A stretch of 63,216 nucleotides of DNA, filler included, from Octopus bimaculoides (taxonomy: Eukaryota), in NCBI RefSeq assembly GCF_001194135.2. It is 5 parts of 5 records of this genome, joined end to end, with 100 filler letters (N's around TTAATTAATTAA, not from the genome) between each part and the next. Parts side by side here need not be neighbours in the genome. Positions count along the whole stretch, not along the records: positions 25,096 to 41,574 come from NC_068983.1; positions 41,675 to 59,528 come from NC_068995.1; 3 more parts are not named here. The stretch is one strand, 5' to 3'. The notes beneath the pieces were generated by a model. That model was not told where the DNA came from, searched no databases, and saw only the letters and a list, made by a program, of their open reading frames with translations. Of the stretch, positions 37,462-49,483 are shown piece after piece; position 1 is the stretch's first letter; each line of letters starts with the position of its first letter. The position numbers and the translations under genes are program-made.

Positions 37462-39348
37462 ATGTGTGTTTTTTTGCGGCTAATTTGGCGGGAGTTTTGC
37501 AGTCAGCAGGAGGTGGTTTGTGTTTTATTTCTCGATCAATGGCCGGACAAGTGAAAATACTTTTTTAATGTGCTTTGGGGAAAGGGGAACTTTTGAAGTT
37601 GGTATCAAATGAAAAGAGACATGAAGAGTTTTATGACTGAACTTCTTTTGAAGTAGGCGTGAGACGGAAGAATTGATGTGCATGAGTATGTTTGTGTATG
37701 TGTGTGTTTGATGGGGTTGTGCGAGACAGAGAGTAATTTTAAACTTTTACCATTGATAAACAAAAACTATTGTTGAAACTAGTTTGGTATATATGTAAAT
37801 AAATGTATTTTGAAACATTTACGCGTTTTTGAAATTTATGTGCATTTTCAACAACACATTTTCCTATATGTTTTTCACTCGTGGAAACACCACCCCTCTT
37901 TTGTTTGTACGATTAATTCTTTATTTTTTGTATATTTTTATTTGTCTTGTTCATGTTCTGCTCTGCGTTGAATTTCCCTGGAGAACATTCTTTTCTTTTG
38001 TGGTTTGACCGTTGATGGTCGCTTTCTAGCGTAAAGATGTCCACTTAGTGGTCATCCCTTCTCGCATGTATGTAATATAATTTTTCTGAATTTTCTGAAT
38101 TTTCTTTATGCTAGGCCACTGGTTTTAAATTGGTGCTAATTCAATTAATATCCGATTTATCACCCTTATTATTATTTGGAGTGGCTGTGTGGTAAGTAGC
38201 TTTGCTTACTGCGCATGTGCGTTAGTGTAGTTACTTCCTGAAGAACAGAGTGGACGGGTGTTTTTCAACTCCGTCCAAAATTGAACTGTTTTAAGTCGAC
38301 CGAGGTAGGTGGAATTATTATTATTATTATTATTTTCTTTTTTGAGCTGGGTGTGATTTACTGTGACTTTATTTTTCCTTCAGTAAATTTCGCCCAGCTC
38401 TGGGGCAGTTTCGCCTGATTTCGGCGACTTAAGTTGTTACTCACTTAGTGAGCAAAAATTCCTGTGTTGAACATTGTCAAGACGGGCTTTTGAGGCCGTC
38501 TTGTAGTGAAGACGGGAAACGTACAAAAGGTTATAAACTTAATCATGTGTTTATTTTCCACAAACATTTGACAGAAGACATTCAGAGCATTGATTGAACT
38601 TGCTCAGTCAACCGTATCGATGCCAAACATTGTCACTTTGTAGCAACACACGGACGTAGCGGGAAGCTACAAAAATTTCTAAGACCAGTCATGTAACTAT
38701 CCTTTACCAATCAAATCCTATTCAAAACATATACTAATTTGAGCCATGAACTCCCTATAAAAACAGGGCAAATTTCAAACACTAGTCAGAAGGAAGACAG
38801 CTGCGACATAAGCCAAGTCTTTCTATTTGAACTTTTTGAAAATCAGTGTAAACTGTGAAACCGGTTAAAGCTTCACATATTTAAAAAATACATATTTTAA
38901 CTATTCTCATTGCATTTTCAACTTCTATTTTTCTTATATTTCTACCCGTAAGGTTACACGTCTGTTAATAGACGTTAAAAAAATATAAAATATAAACATC
39001 TCTGTTTGTCTGTATTAAACAGAGTCACCATTTCTCAGTCTGGGTTTTCCCAAATTTGTACTTATTTAAAAATCAAACTTGAATAACTCAAATAATATAT
39101 GAAACAGTTATGAGTCGAAGTAAGGCAACATATGATTCAAGAAAAGAGATTGTGAAAGGGCAACAGTTGTGAAGGAATGGTAAACTCTCACTCTAATTTT
39201 CATCATCAATATTCTATCTTTTTTCTCTCTATCTATCTCTCTCTCCCCACTCATCGTTTTTATCACTCATACTATGGAGACAGTACTATATTGACCATAG
39301 TTATAATAATGTAGTCATTATTATTGTTATCATCATCATCATCATCTT

Positions 39349-39700
39349 CAAGGTGACGAGTTGGCAGAATGGTTGGTTAGCTCGCTGAGCAAGATGCACG
39401 TTCAGTGTTCAAATTCTACCGAGGTCGACTTTACCGTTCATCCTTTCGAGTCGATAAATTAAATACCAGTTAAGTATAGAGGGTGTTGTAATTCACTCCT
39501 CAAAAATTTCAGGTCTTGTGCCTTTAGTAGAAAGGATTATCATTATCATCTCTAAGGCAGCGAGCTGGCAGAATCGTTAGCACGCCGGGCAAATTGCTTT
39601 GTGGCATTTCGTCCATTTTTATATTCTGTGTTCAAATTCCGCCGAGATCAACTTTCTTTCATCCTTTCGGGGTCGATAAAATAAGTACAAATTAAACACT
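39349..39700 (+). mobile_element. Two head-to-tail family B SINEs
   Basis: Two heads (GGTGACGAGTTGGCAGAA and GGCAGCGAGCTGGCAGAATCG). The first ends in TTTCAGGTCTTGTGCCTTTAGTAGAAAGGATTAT. Confidence 0.75.
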
Positions 39701-40154
39701 TCAGTCGCTGTAATCCACTTATACACCACTACCAGAGAAAAATATTCTGGCCTTGTACCCTCGTTTAAAATTGTCCTCTTTAAAAGTATGCGTGCCGTTC
39801 TAAAAACCAAGAAATGTAAAGCCTATTGACTTATTTAAATACTTTCACATAAAAAAGTTGTTTATAATATACCCAGGAACATAATGTGTGTGCGTGTGTG
39901 CGCGCGTGTAAGCATCTATGTTTGTCTTTATATTTAAAGATAGCCAATTTTATATTATAAAAGACAAGCTAATTTCCGAATCTGTCTGCCCCTCACACCA
40001 TCTATAAGAAGGAGGGAAAGAATGGGAAGAATAAAAATTTGCGTGAAAATTTATTTTTAGAAGAAGAGCAGGAGAAAAGTTGTTGCGAGAAAAATACTGC
40101 GAGAGAGGGAGCGTTTGTGTGTATGAATGTTTGTGTATGTTTGTGTGTAATTAC

Positions 40155-40940
40155 AGCTTGAATACTACGAGGTATGGGCAGCTCAAGTTTCAGTTGTTTG
40201 CAATTGTAGCAATGATGGTGGAGGATATAGACTCCTTACTTGTTTTTCTAAAATGCATCATAAATGTTCAATAAGATTGAGATCTGGGGTATGCGGTGGC
40301 CAGATAACATGTTGAACTTCACCACAATTAACAACTTTAGCTGTGTGAATTGGTGCATTATCATCCTGAAAACTGCGTTTCCCTCCAGAAACACTTCAGC
40401 AACCATAGGATCAATTTGATTAGATAAAATACTTAGTCTTCACTATTAACTCTGCCATGAAAGGAAACCATTGGGCCGGCAGATTTCCAAGATACAGCCT
40501 CCCAGATCAGCATAGATCCTCCTCCATGTTTCACAGTTGGAAGAAGGCAGTCAAATGCTTCTTTTGACTGTCTCCACACATATACTCGGCCGGTGGTCAG
40601 AAATAACGTAATGTATGACTCATCCGAGAAAAGTACATTCTTCCACTGCTGTAGTGACCAATACTGTAAGTTTTTACTCCACACTAAACGTTTTGCAAGG
40701 TTTGTTTTTGAAAGTAGTGGTTTTCTGATTGCAGCCCTCCCGTGCAATCCAGCTTTCAGCAGGTCCCGGCGAACAGTTTTTGTGGAAACTGGGTTCTCGA
40801 GGTGGTCATTAAACTCTACAGTAATTTTGGGAGCTGTACTTTTGTGATCCTTTCTAACAATTCGCGTAAGAGTTCAACGGTCACTATCTGAAAGTTTTGG
40901 CTTTTTTCCAGAGTTTTGTTTCCACGACGAGGTATACTTC
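40155..40940 (-). pseudogene. Second Tc1-like transposase pseudogene
   Basis: TLTRIVRKDHKSTAPKIT...GLHGRAAIRKPLL...WKNVLFSDES...PTVKHGGGSMLIW...FQDDNAPIHTAKVV...WPPHTPDLNLIEHL with deletions and stops. TIRs were not identified. Confidence 0.88.
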
Positions 40941-41409
40941 CATCACACTACTCAAGTATTGATGCTAAAGTTGCTGAGGACTATGAAGATTGTGTGGGGA
41001 ATAGACATAGGAAAAGATAGCAAAGTCGACCCTTCTAATTCTGCTTCGAGAATGTATGACTGCGACCGCTATAAAAGCTGCTTTCAAATGAAATGCGCAT
41101 CACTTTCCAAGTTACAATTCTGGCGAGCTTCCAACAGTTTGTATAAGCATATCAAGCAATTATTTTTATCTAATGGAATGAGGTCAAATGAATATTGTGT
41201 TGGAGCGATCTTACATCTAAACAGATCATTTAAGTTCCTCATTTAAAAATCGTATCTTTATTCAGTTAGCATACAGTTTCATGACTATGGAAAATAAAAA
41301 ATAACTCACTCTCCCATTGTTTCAAATTTGTATACATTGACATCAAATCATGTATACATTATTTCACCGGTGTCTATAACAGTCGTCAGTATCTAAAACA
41401 GTACCTATT

Positions 41410-41456
<47 letters not shown>

Positions 41457-41574
41457 GTATATTATATATATGGGGGAGAAGAGCCATGCAAGGAACGTGA
41501 AAATCACGGTGGTGCACCAGCATGACCGCAGCCACTTGGCTGAAACACATAAATAAAAAAAATAAAAAAATAAA

Positions 41575-41674
41575 NNNNNNNNNNNNNNNNNNNNNNNNNN
41601 NNNNNNNNNNNNNNNNNNTTAATTAATTAANNNNNNNNNNNNNNNNNNNNNNNNNNNNNNNNNNNNNNNNNNNN
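41575..41674. other. Artificial scaffold spacer N44-TTAATTAATTAA-N44
   Basis: 12-mer at 41619-41630. Confidence 0.95.
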
Positions 41675-42054
41675 ACGGGTTTCCATACAGTTCCTGTCTA
41701 CTAAATTCACTCGGTGTTATAGTAGAAGACACTTATGGAAAGTGCCACGTAGTGGTATTGAAACTGAAACTGCATAGTTACAAAGCGTGCTTCTCAACGA
41801 CACAGTCATGTCTGCTTAATCAAATTGTAAGGCGGATGTATCGTATTTTAGCTATTCAAACGGCAAAGACAAGATGTCTGTTTCACTTAGTCACAGGAAA
41901 TACTGCAATGATATCTTCAAGCAGTGGAATTTCCACATACGCTCTTTCTACAAAACTTAATCTGAAACTTATAATTCTCCTTAATATATTTCTTTATTGA
42001 CTGATCATTTTGTTTGAATGTCCTTAATCATGCACTGATATAATTTACCGAGAC

Positions 42055-42370
42055 CGGTAGATTCCACTACGCTAAATTCCACTGCAGTAAATTTCACGAT
42101 AGGCAAAATTCACTGCGGTATATTCCACTAAGGTAAATTCCACTCGGAAAACTAATTACACACTAATAGAAAACAAATTACACACGCCCTTGTTACACAT
42201 TTCTTAACTAATAAGTCGTTAGTTAAATTCCACTCGGAATATTTCGCTATAGGTAAAATTCAGTGTGGTATATTCCATCAAGGTAAATTCAACTACAGTA
42301 AACGGTCTGTAGAAAACTAATTACATACGCCTTTGTTACACACTTCTCAACTAATTAGTCATTAGTTAAA
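42055..42370. repeat. Subterminal repeat array upstream of the MULE transposase
   Basis: ~15-bp units GGTAAATTCCACT(AC), arranged within a degenerate ~150-bp higher-order duplication. Confidence 0.75.
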
Positions 42371-42472
42371 GTATAGGTTTATGCCATTGTTACTCATTTT
42401 TAAACTGAATTTCACTGTACTGCTAATTTTTTTTTCTATTAAGTTCAACTTTGAACTTTGAAACTCTCAACC

Positions 42473-43620
42473 ATCGCAACATTTATAACATCAGAGAAGA
42501 ACAAACGTAAGCTTTGCGACAAAGAGAATCATATGTGCGAACAGTAAAACAGTAGTAAAACAAAAGTATATTGGCGTTGTGAACATTTTTATAAAAGTTC
42601 CCGGGCTAAACTACATATAACTTTCAACTCCAGTATACCAGAAGTTTTTTTTTCAACGGGCTCCCATAATCACTCAGCAAGCAGTGTATACGTTAATGCC
42701 CGAAAGGCAATTAATTCAATGAAAAGTGAATGAGAACGGGCACAGTATCTTCAAGGGGAGTAACAGCTACTGTTGTACAAAATCTTCATGAGGAAGCACA
42801 ATCATTGTTGCAAACTATTCCTGGACTTTCACGTAACATACATAACTGGAGGCAGAATGCTTTAAGAATCCCAGCACTTCCAACTTGTCGTTCAGGGTTT
42901 GGAATTCCTGATGCAGTTAAGTACTTCGAAAATGGGTCTTTATTTTTGGTCTTTGACAGTGGCATTGACGATAGACAGAATTTTATTTTTTACCTCAGAA
43001 AAAGGCTTGGATGATTTAGAAAGTTCTAAAAATTGGGCCTGTGATGAAACTTTTATGGTGTCTCTTAGTTTGTGATGTCAGCTTTTCACGCTACATATCC
43101 CCATTGGAGTGTCATGTGTGCCCAGGCTATTTGCCTTACTTCCTGACAAAAAAGAAGTTTCATGTCATCGAGTTCTATCTGCTGTGCAGGATTTAAGGGC
43201 AAATTGTCAACCTGGGACCTGTCTCATGGACTTTGATAAAGCTCTCTATAATTCATCTGTTTCTGTATTTCTGCATTTAGAAGTAGTTGGGTGCGTTTTT
43301 CATCTCGGACAGTCTATTTGGCGGAAGATATGTGCACTTCGTGAGAGTAGAAGTTGCAGCACAGATGAAAGTTTTCAGATTAAAATTAAGTGTTTTTGCG
43401 CTTAATTTAGCTTTTTTACCAATTGAAGACGTTGTCAATGGATTTGAAGATTTGTCTGATGATGAAAGCATCCCTTCTGAGTTTATCACTTATTTTAAGA
43501 ATTCATGCATTGGGACTGTAAGGGGACGCGGTCTTCGTCGACGAAGAAACCTCACAGTTTCCTATCCAACTCTGGAATATACTTGAACGCGTTTTAAATG
43601 ACTTGCCAAGAGCAAATAAT
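42473..43620 (+). pseudogene. Mutator-superfamily (FLYWCH + MULE, Phantom-like) transposase pseudogene
   Basis: KVYWRCEHF...A.L...GSHNH FLYWCH-like finger; NWACDETF...QLFTLH; LFALLPDKK; LMDFDKAL; VVGCVFHLGQSIWRKI; LAFLPIEDVVNGF; LWNI.ERVLNDLPRANN. The putative start is mutated to ATC and a SINE cuts the 3' end. Confidence 0.88.
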
Positions 43621-43790
43621 ACGGATTAAGTCGATTATATCGACCCAGTACGTAACTGGTACTTATTTAATCGACCCCAAATGGATGAAAGACAAAGTCG
43701 ACTGCGGTGGAATTTGAACTCAGAACGTAGCGGCAGACGAAATACCGCTAAGCATTTTGCCCTGCGTGCTAACGTTTCTGCTAGCTCGCC
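43620..43790 (-). mobile_element. Family B SINE interrupting the MULE transposase
   Basis: GGATTAAGTCGATT...AAAGTCGAC...CTCAGAACGTAGCGGCAGACGAAATACCGCTAAGC...CTCGCC begins directly after the PRANN codons. Confidence 0.8.
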
Positions 43791-44679
43791 GGTGCAGTAA
43801 CGATTGTGTCAACTTGCTGCCTTAAAGGTTGAATAAAATATTAGAATTAAATCAAATCAAATTAAAATTAAATACAAAAATTATCAATGAGCTGTCATGA
43901 TAATTTTTAAGTTTTAATTTATAAAAAGAACGATATTTGAAAGTTTAAAATTTATTTTGAAAAATTTAGAAAATTATTGCATACTTTTGTTTACCAATTA
44001 TACTTTTGTTTTTGTGTTTGTGTGTATTTTTCCACCGCTTAACAACCGGTGTTGGTTTGTTTACGCCTATGTAACTTAGCGGTTCGGCAAAAAAAAAAGC
44101 GATAGAATCAGTGTCAGACTTTAAAAAATATAAACAAGTAGGCGATGGGTGGAGGTCGATTTGTTCGATTAAAACCTTTCAAGTTAGTGTCCCAAGCATA
44201 CCAAAATCCAAGCAAGTAAAAATTAAAGGTTACAAATTTATGAATAACACATTTTAAAAACATTCAAGCATTTAAATATGGTATTTCTAAAGCTTTGACT
44301 TATATACTAAAAAATCCATAGCGCACGAAGAATATCCTTTAAGAACTACTGTAATTTAAGGAAAACTTGGTTGTCATTACTAGCAGATACAGCGATCACG
44401 CAGAGGCTTGCTATTACCTTATTGCTTTTCGCAGAATGCAGAGAATCTTCACAAGATACGAGTCTAACTCTTTTCTGATCGACTTGACTCATGTTAAATG
44501 AATTCTACCGGAAGTCACTTGAAACCTGAGAATTGCTCGAAAGGTCGATAAAGTCACACAAAGTTCAGACATGAAGTTACTTATTACTTACTATCACATC
44601 TGTTTCTAAAAGAGAGATATTTGGTGGTCGAGGTTGGGTGGTATTTTTCGTTGATTAACTCTCAGAGAATGCGATGCGG

Positions 44680-45345
44680 GAGAATCAGTAAGGCATTGGG
44701 GCAAAACGTCTTCCGGTATTAATGTTAAGACTCTTTACATTCAGAGTTCAAATACCGTTCAAGTCGATTCAACCTTTCTTTCTCTTGGGGCCAATAAGAA
44801 TATAATAATAGCCAATAAAAATACGTCTGACAAGATATCTTACGATTTCGAATAAGGTCCCTCTCCATTTTCGAGTTCAAGTTCCAACGTTGTCGACTTC
44901 GTTATACCTTCCATGGCAGAAATAAGTAAGTACCAGCTAAACGTTAGTGGGTTGATAAAGACTTTATTGCATCGAACAACATACTTTGCGGTATTTAATC
45001 AGGTTCCTTTGCGCTTGAGTTCAAATTCCGATGTTGTCGATTCATTCATCAGCTCTGGAAGAGCTGATGAATGAAGTACCATTTAAAAGTTGGTGGCTTG
45101 GTAAAGTCGTTAGTGCATCGAACAAAATGCTTTACGGTATTTGATTACGTCCCTTAGCACTTCAAATTCTGATGTTGTTGACTTCTCAGTTGTACCTTCC
45201 AGGAACTCGATGGCTTGGTAAAGTCGTAATTTAATGCGACGGACAAAATGCGTTGTGGTATTTAGTTAAGGTCCAGTTGTGTTTTGAATTCAAATCTTAC
45301 CAAGGTCGACTTCACTTTTTTTTTTATATTTCCTGGGTCAATTAA
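44680..45345 (+). repeat. Tandem array of about five diverged SINE-head units (~120-140 bp each)
   Basis: Each unit repeats A-box-like ...GTTAG(T)GCA..., CGGTATT, GAGTTCAA(A/G)T and GTCGA(C/T)T. Confidence 0.65.
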
Positions 45346-45489
45346 ATTAACGCCAGCCAAAAGCCGTTGGGTTGGCAGGGTCTCCAGAGTGTCAGAACAA
45401 AGAACTTCCTGATGTCAACAGGCGCAGCATGAGCGTCTATTAACATTTTATATTGTCCGAAATAAAAAGGAAATAATCGCGAAATTACG

Positions 45490-45781
45490 GGGAAGTAAAC
45501 AAACCAACACTGGTTGTCAAACGGTGTGGTGGGGGTTGCAGACACAAAGACACACGCATACACACACATACATACATTATATATATATATATATATTGAT
45601 AGAAAAGGTAAGACAACAAACGAAAGAAAGAGACCTCGATATTATGTAAATAGAGGAATTTATCTGTAAGTAATATGTGACAATTATTCGGTAGCCATGA
45701 TAAAACCCCGACATGCGAAACTCGGAGTTTTATCATGGCTACCGAATAATTGTCACATATTATTTACAGATATATACATAC

Positions 45782-45813
<32 letters not shown>

Positions 45814-45977
45814 GACGAGCTGCTTTCAATTTTCTTCTGCCAAATCCACTGACAAGGCATTGGTCAGCTGGGGATGTAATAGAAGACACTTGCTCAAGAT
45901 GCCATGCAGAGGGACTGTACCAGAAACTATGTGGTTGGGAAGCAAACTTCTTACCACACAGCCAATCCCGTGCCTGT
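45490..45977 (-). mobile_element. Family A SINE with a fold-back insertion in its microsatellite
   Basis: SINE 3' body at 45490-45580 and 5' half at 45810-45977. A foreign segment at ~45600-45772 lies between them. Confidence 0.7.
45661..45772. repeat. Inverted repeat, 46-bp arms with one mismatch, 20-nt spacer
   Basis: 45661-45706 versus 45727-45772. Confidence 0.95.
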
Positions 45978-46875
45978 ACACTGAACTATTTATATCACAG
46001 AAGCTTGACTCTACACAATTTTTTCTGTGTCAATGTTTTATCGTTCGACTGTTCCAGCTGTTTTCTTTCGGCTTTGACCATCTCGACGATTTTTGGTTTT
46101 GGCATATCATTTTCTGGATTGCATTCTCGGTTGTAGGGAAGGAGTGTGGTAACTTTGAGGGATATTTGGTTTCCAATTCTAATAAGTCGACTGAGCGTGT
46201 AAAAAAAACTCCCGCGTTAACGCGTATGGAGCGTCGCCATCTTGCTTTGTATTCTTATATTTACAGAAATAATGCCTGGAGAGAGGAAGTCTAACAAGAT
46301 AGATAAGATCTGTTTAGTTTATAAGCAGAAAGTGTGAGAGTGAACAGATATTTTAAGCTGATGTGATTATATATTTGGCACAGTTGCATACCTTGTGTTA
46401 CCTTACATTATACATTCATACTGTGTTTGTAACGGCTATGTTCAAACCGTTACACGACGCCAGACGGACGAGCAAAACTCCTTGGGGGACAAAACAGACA
46501 AATTATATAAAAAAATAATAAGGCGGTGGCATAGTGGAAATGTTAGTCTGTTAGACAAAATACTTTGTGGTAGTTGCTCCAGATCATTGCGCTTTGAGCC
46601 CAGAATGGTGGATTGGAGACTCTATTGGAGTGTTGCATGAAATGCCTTGCTGTAGTTGTCTCAGCTTTTTGAGTTCTGAGTTCAAGTTATGCCGAATGCA
46701 GCTTTGCTTTTCATCTTTATAAAATAAAGTACTACTCCAGAATGGTGGATTAGGGAAACTATTAAGAGCATTGGAAAAAAATGTCTCGCGATAAATATTC
46801 CGACTCTTTATGTTTTGAGTTCAAATACAGCCGAGGCCAGATTTGCCTTTCATAATTCTTCCCGTGAAATAAAGT

Positions 46876-47107
46876 ATAGGCGCAGGAGTGGCTGTGTGGT
46901 AAGTAGCTTGCTTACCAACCACATGGCTCCGGGTTCAGTCCTACTGCGTGGCATCTTGGGCGAGTGTCTCCTACTATAGTAGAAGACACTATAGTAGAAA
47001 ACACTATAGTAGAAAACACTTGCCCAAGGTGCTACGCAGTGGGACTGAATCCGGAACCATGTGGTTGGTAAGCGAGCTACTTACCACACAGCCACTCATG
47101 CGCCTAT
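46876..47107. mobile_element. Fold-back of two family A SINE 5' halves around 16-bp tandem repeats
   Basis: ~100-bp inverted arms. The centre is CTACTATAGTAG followed by ACACTATAGTAGAA(G/A)-type repeats. Confidence 0.9.
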
Positions 47108-47630
47108 GATGTTAATAGGTTTTGCTAAATTTATTCATTATCTTCGTACAGATCAGTTTTCATGACTTTGCTAAATTTAAATTCAACTTAAATGTATTTC
47201 AACAGATTTCCATCATTTTACTTTCTTTTTAGAAGTTTCTGCTGCAAGACTTGAGGAGGAAGGCTGGAGTGACAGTCGAAGTTAGAATGAATGTAGGGTT
47301 TCATAAAATTGATTATGACTAGAAATGCCGAAAAAAATATGCCATTCTACTCGCTTGACTTCTAACATGCATGGTATACAGCACGTAGCTACCAAGAGAC
47401 AAAGTAATGAAAATCCAGGCTATTGTTAATATAATTAATCGAATGGATTATGGTGATGAATAAGACTTTGATTTAAATGGTTTTCTAAAGAAGAAAAAAC
47501 ATTCAATAAGAACGATAATGCTTATTTATTTCCACAGTAGATTATAAAATAGCTAATGGACTCTAAAAAGCAGCAAACTGGCAGTCGTTAGCACGTCTGA
47601 CGAAATGTTTAGCAGCATTTCTTCTGGCTC

Positions 47631-47958
47631 GAATGAAGTTATCTAGCTCACGTGATTTAACATGATTTGCGTCTATATATCAGGATATTATCAGATGTTG
47701 TCCCGTCATAGATTAGTTGTGTCATCGATTCAGTTTGGTTGTACTCGTAGTACATAGTCAGTCAAACAGGTAGTCAGGCCATCGGTGTATTGCGATTCGA
47801 ACATGAGCTATGTGTGCTCTGTAAATCGATCAACTGAACGATCAGACACATTCAATAGGCATATAAATGGCCGAGTATTCCACAGACACTGAGTATTCTT
47901 AATGTAAATCTCGCGACATTGTAAGACAAGGTTGAGCCTTGATGCAGTCTGGTCATTA
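47631..47958 (+). repeat. Unclassified ~310-bp dispersed module, copy 1
   Basis: Aligns by eye with the reverse complement of 55197-55496. Confidence 0.75.
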
Positions 47959-49098
47959 TTGTAAGTAGTAGTAAGAATCGTTAGCACACAGGACAAAATG
48001 CTTAGCGGCATTTCGTCCGTCTTTACATTCGGAGTTCAAATTCCGCCGGGGTCGATTTTGCCTTCTATACTTTTAGGGCTCGATGAAATTACGTACCATT
48101 TGAGCAGTGGGGTCAATGTCATCAACTATACTCCTCCCACAAAATGTCAGGCCTTCCGCCTATCGTAACAAGGATTATTGTAAGCTGTTGTAAGGCGGAG
48201 AGTTGGCAGGATCGTTAGCATTCTGAACAATATGCTTAGCGTCATTTCATCTTTTATCTTTTACTTGTTTCCATCACTGGACTGTGGCCATGTTGAAGTA
48301 ACACCTTAGAGGGATTAGTCGAACAATCCCCGCTCCCCATCGCCCAGTGTTTAGCTTGTCCAGTACTTATTCTATTCTTCTCCTTGGTCGAACCACTAGG
48401 TTACGGGAACGTAAGCAAACTAACACTAGCTGTCCCAGGTTTTGGTGGACTAACACAACAACAAAGACGCGCACGCGCACGCACACACACACACACACAC
48501 ACACGTATAGTCATATATATATAATTTCTAGCCTTAGGTAATCACTTATAACGCTATTTCATCAGATGGTGTTGTTCTTGTTGCTATGACAACTACTACT
48601 GTTGTTGTTGTTGTTGTTGTTATTATTGCTGTTGTAATTATTGTTATTGTTGTTATTTAGCTTAACGTTATCCCTGTACAAGCAGAATTGCGATCAAAGA
48701 CATTACCGTCTTCACCAACCAGTCTTAATCCTTAAAGAACATAGTGCATAGCGGACCACATTGAGTAATGTGGTGTGATCTTTTTCTTGATGGCATGTTG
48801 TAATTTGAGGAAGACAGAGCAGCTATTTCTAGCAACTCGAGTCAGCAGACAGAAGCTCCCTTGTGACGCTTTCTTTTCTTCTACTTTTTCTTCATTTTTT
48901 TCGTGTCTTTACTAAGATGCAAACCTCACATGTATTATGTCTTGTGTGCAAGTATTATTCAGTGCAAGCATTTGATGCAAGTCGCTCTATCTTCATTACA
49001 AGTAGCTATTGTCTGACATACATTGTTCAAATATATAGTGCTAGACTTAACAGCAAACAATTATCTGCAACTCCACCGAAAAACAATGGATTTTTAAG

Positions 49099-49099
49099 C

Positions 49100-49150
<51 letters not shown>
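49099..49150. repeat. (TAA)n microsatellite
   Basis: Direct inspection. Confidence 0.95.
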
Positions 49151-49446
49151 GACGGCTAATGGCGTATTTTCCGCACCTACCTTATCTACGAGGATAATTT
49201 TATCGCAAACAATTTAAAAGCGACAATTATTCCAGTTAGAATGGAGATATTTGCAGAATGTGACCAGAGACCAATTCCAATTTGTGACTCGCCTAAATGA
49301 TTCTTTTGTGGGGAGAATGTCTGCTGATAGTATGATAGTAAATGCATGCGCGCAAGTGTGTGCGTGTGTGTGTGTATGTATGCATGTATGTATTAATTTG
49401 TATATAAATATATATGTATATACATATGCAAGTATGTATATAAGTA

Positions 49447-49483
<37 letters not shown>

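Noticed and set aside
41070-41107. TATAAAAG with an initiator-like TCACTTT about 32 nt downstream
   Set aside because: Such short motifs are expected by chance in AT-rich DNA and there is no associated exon.
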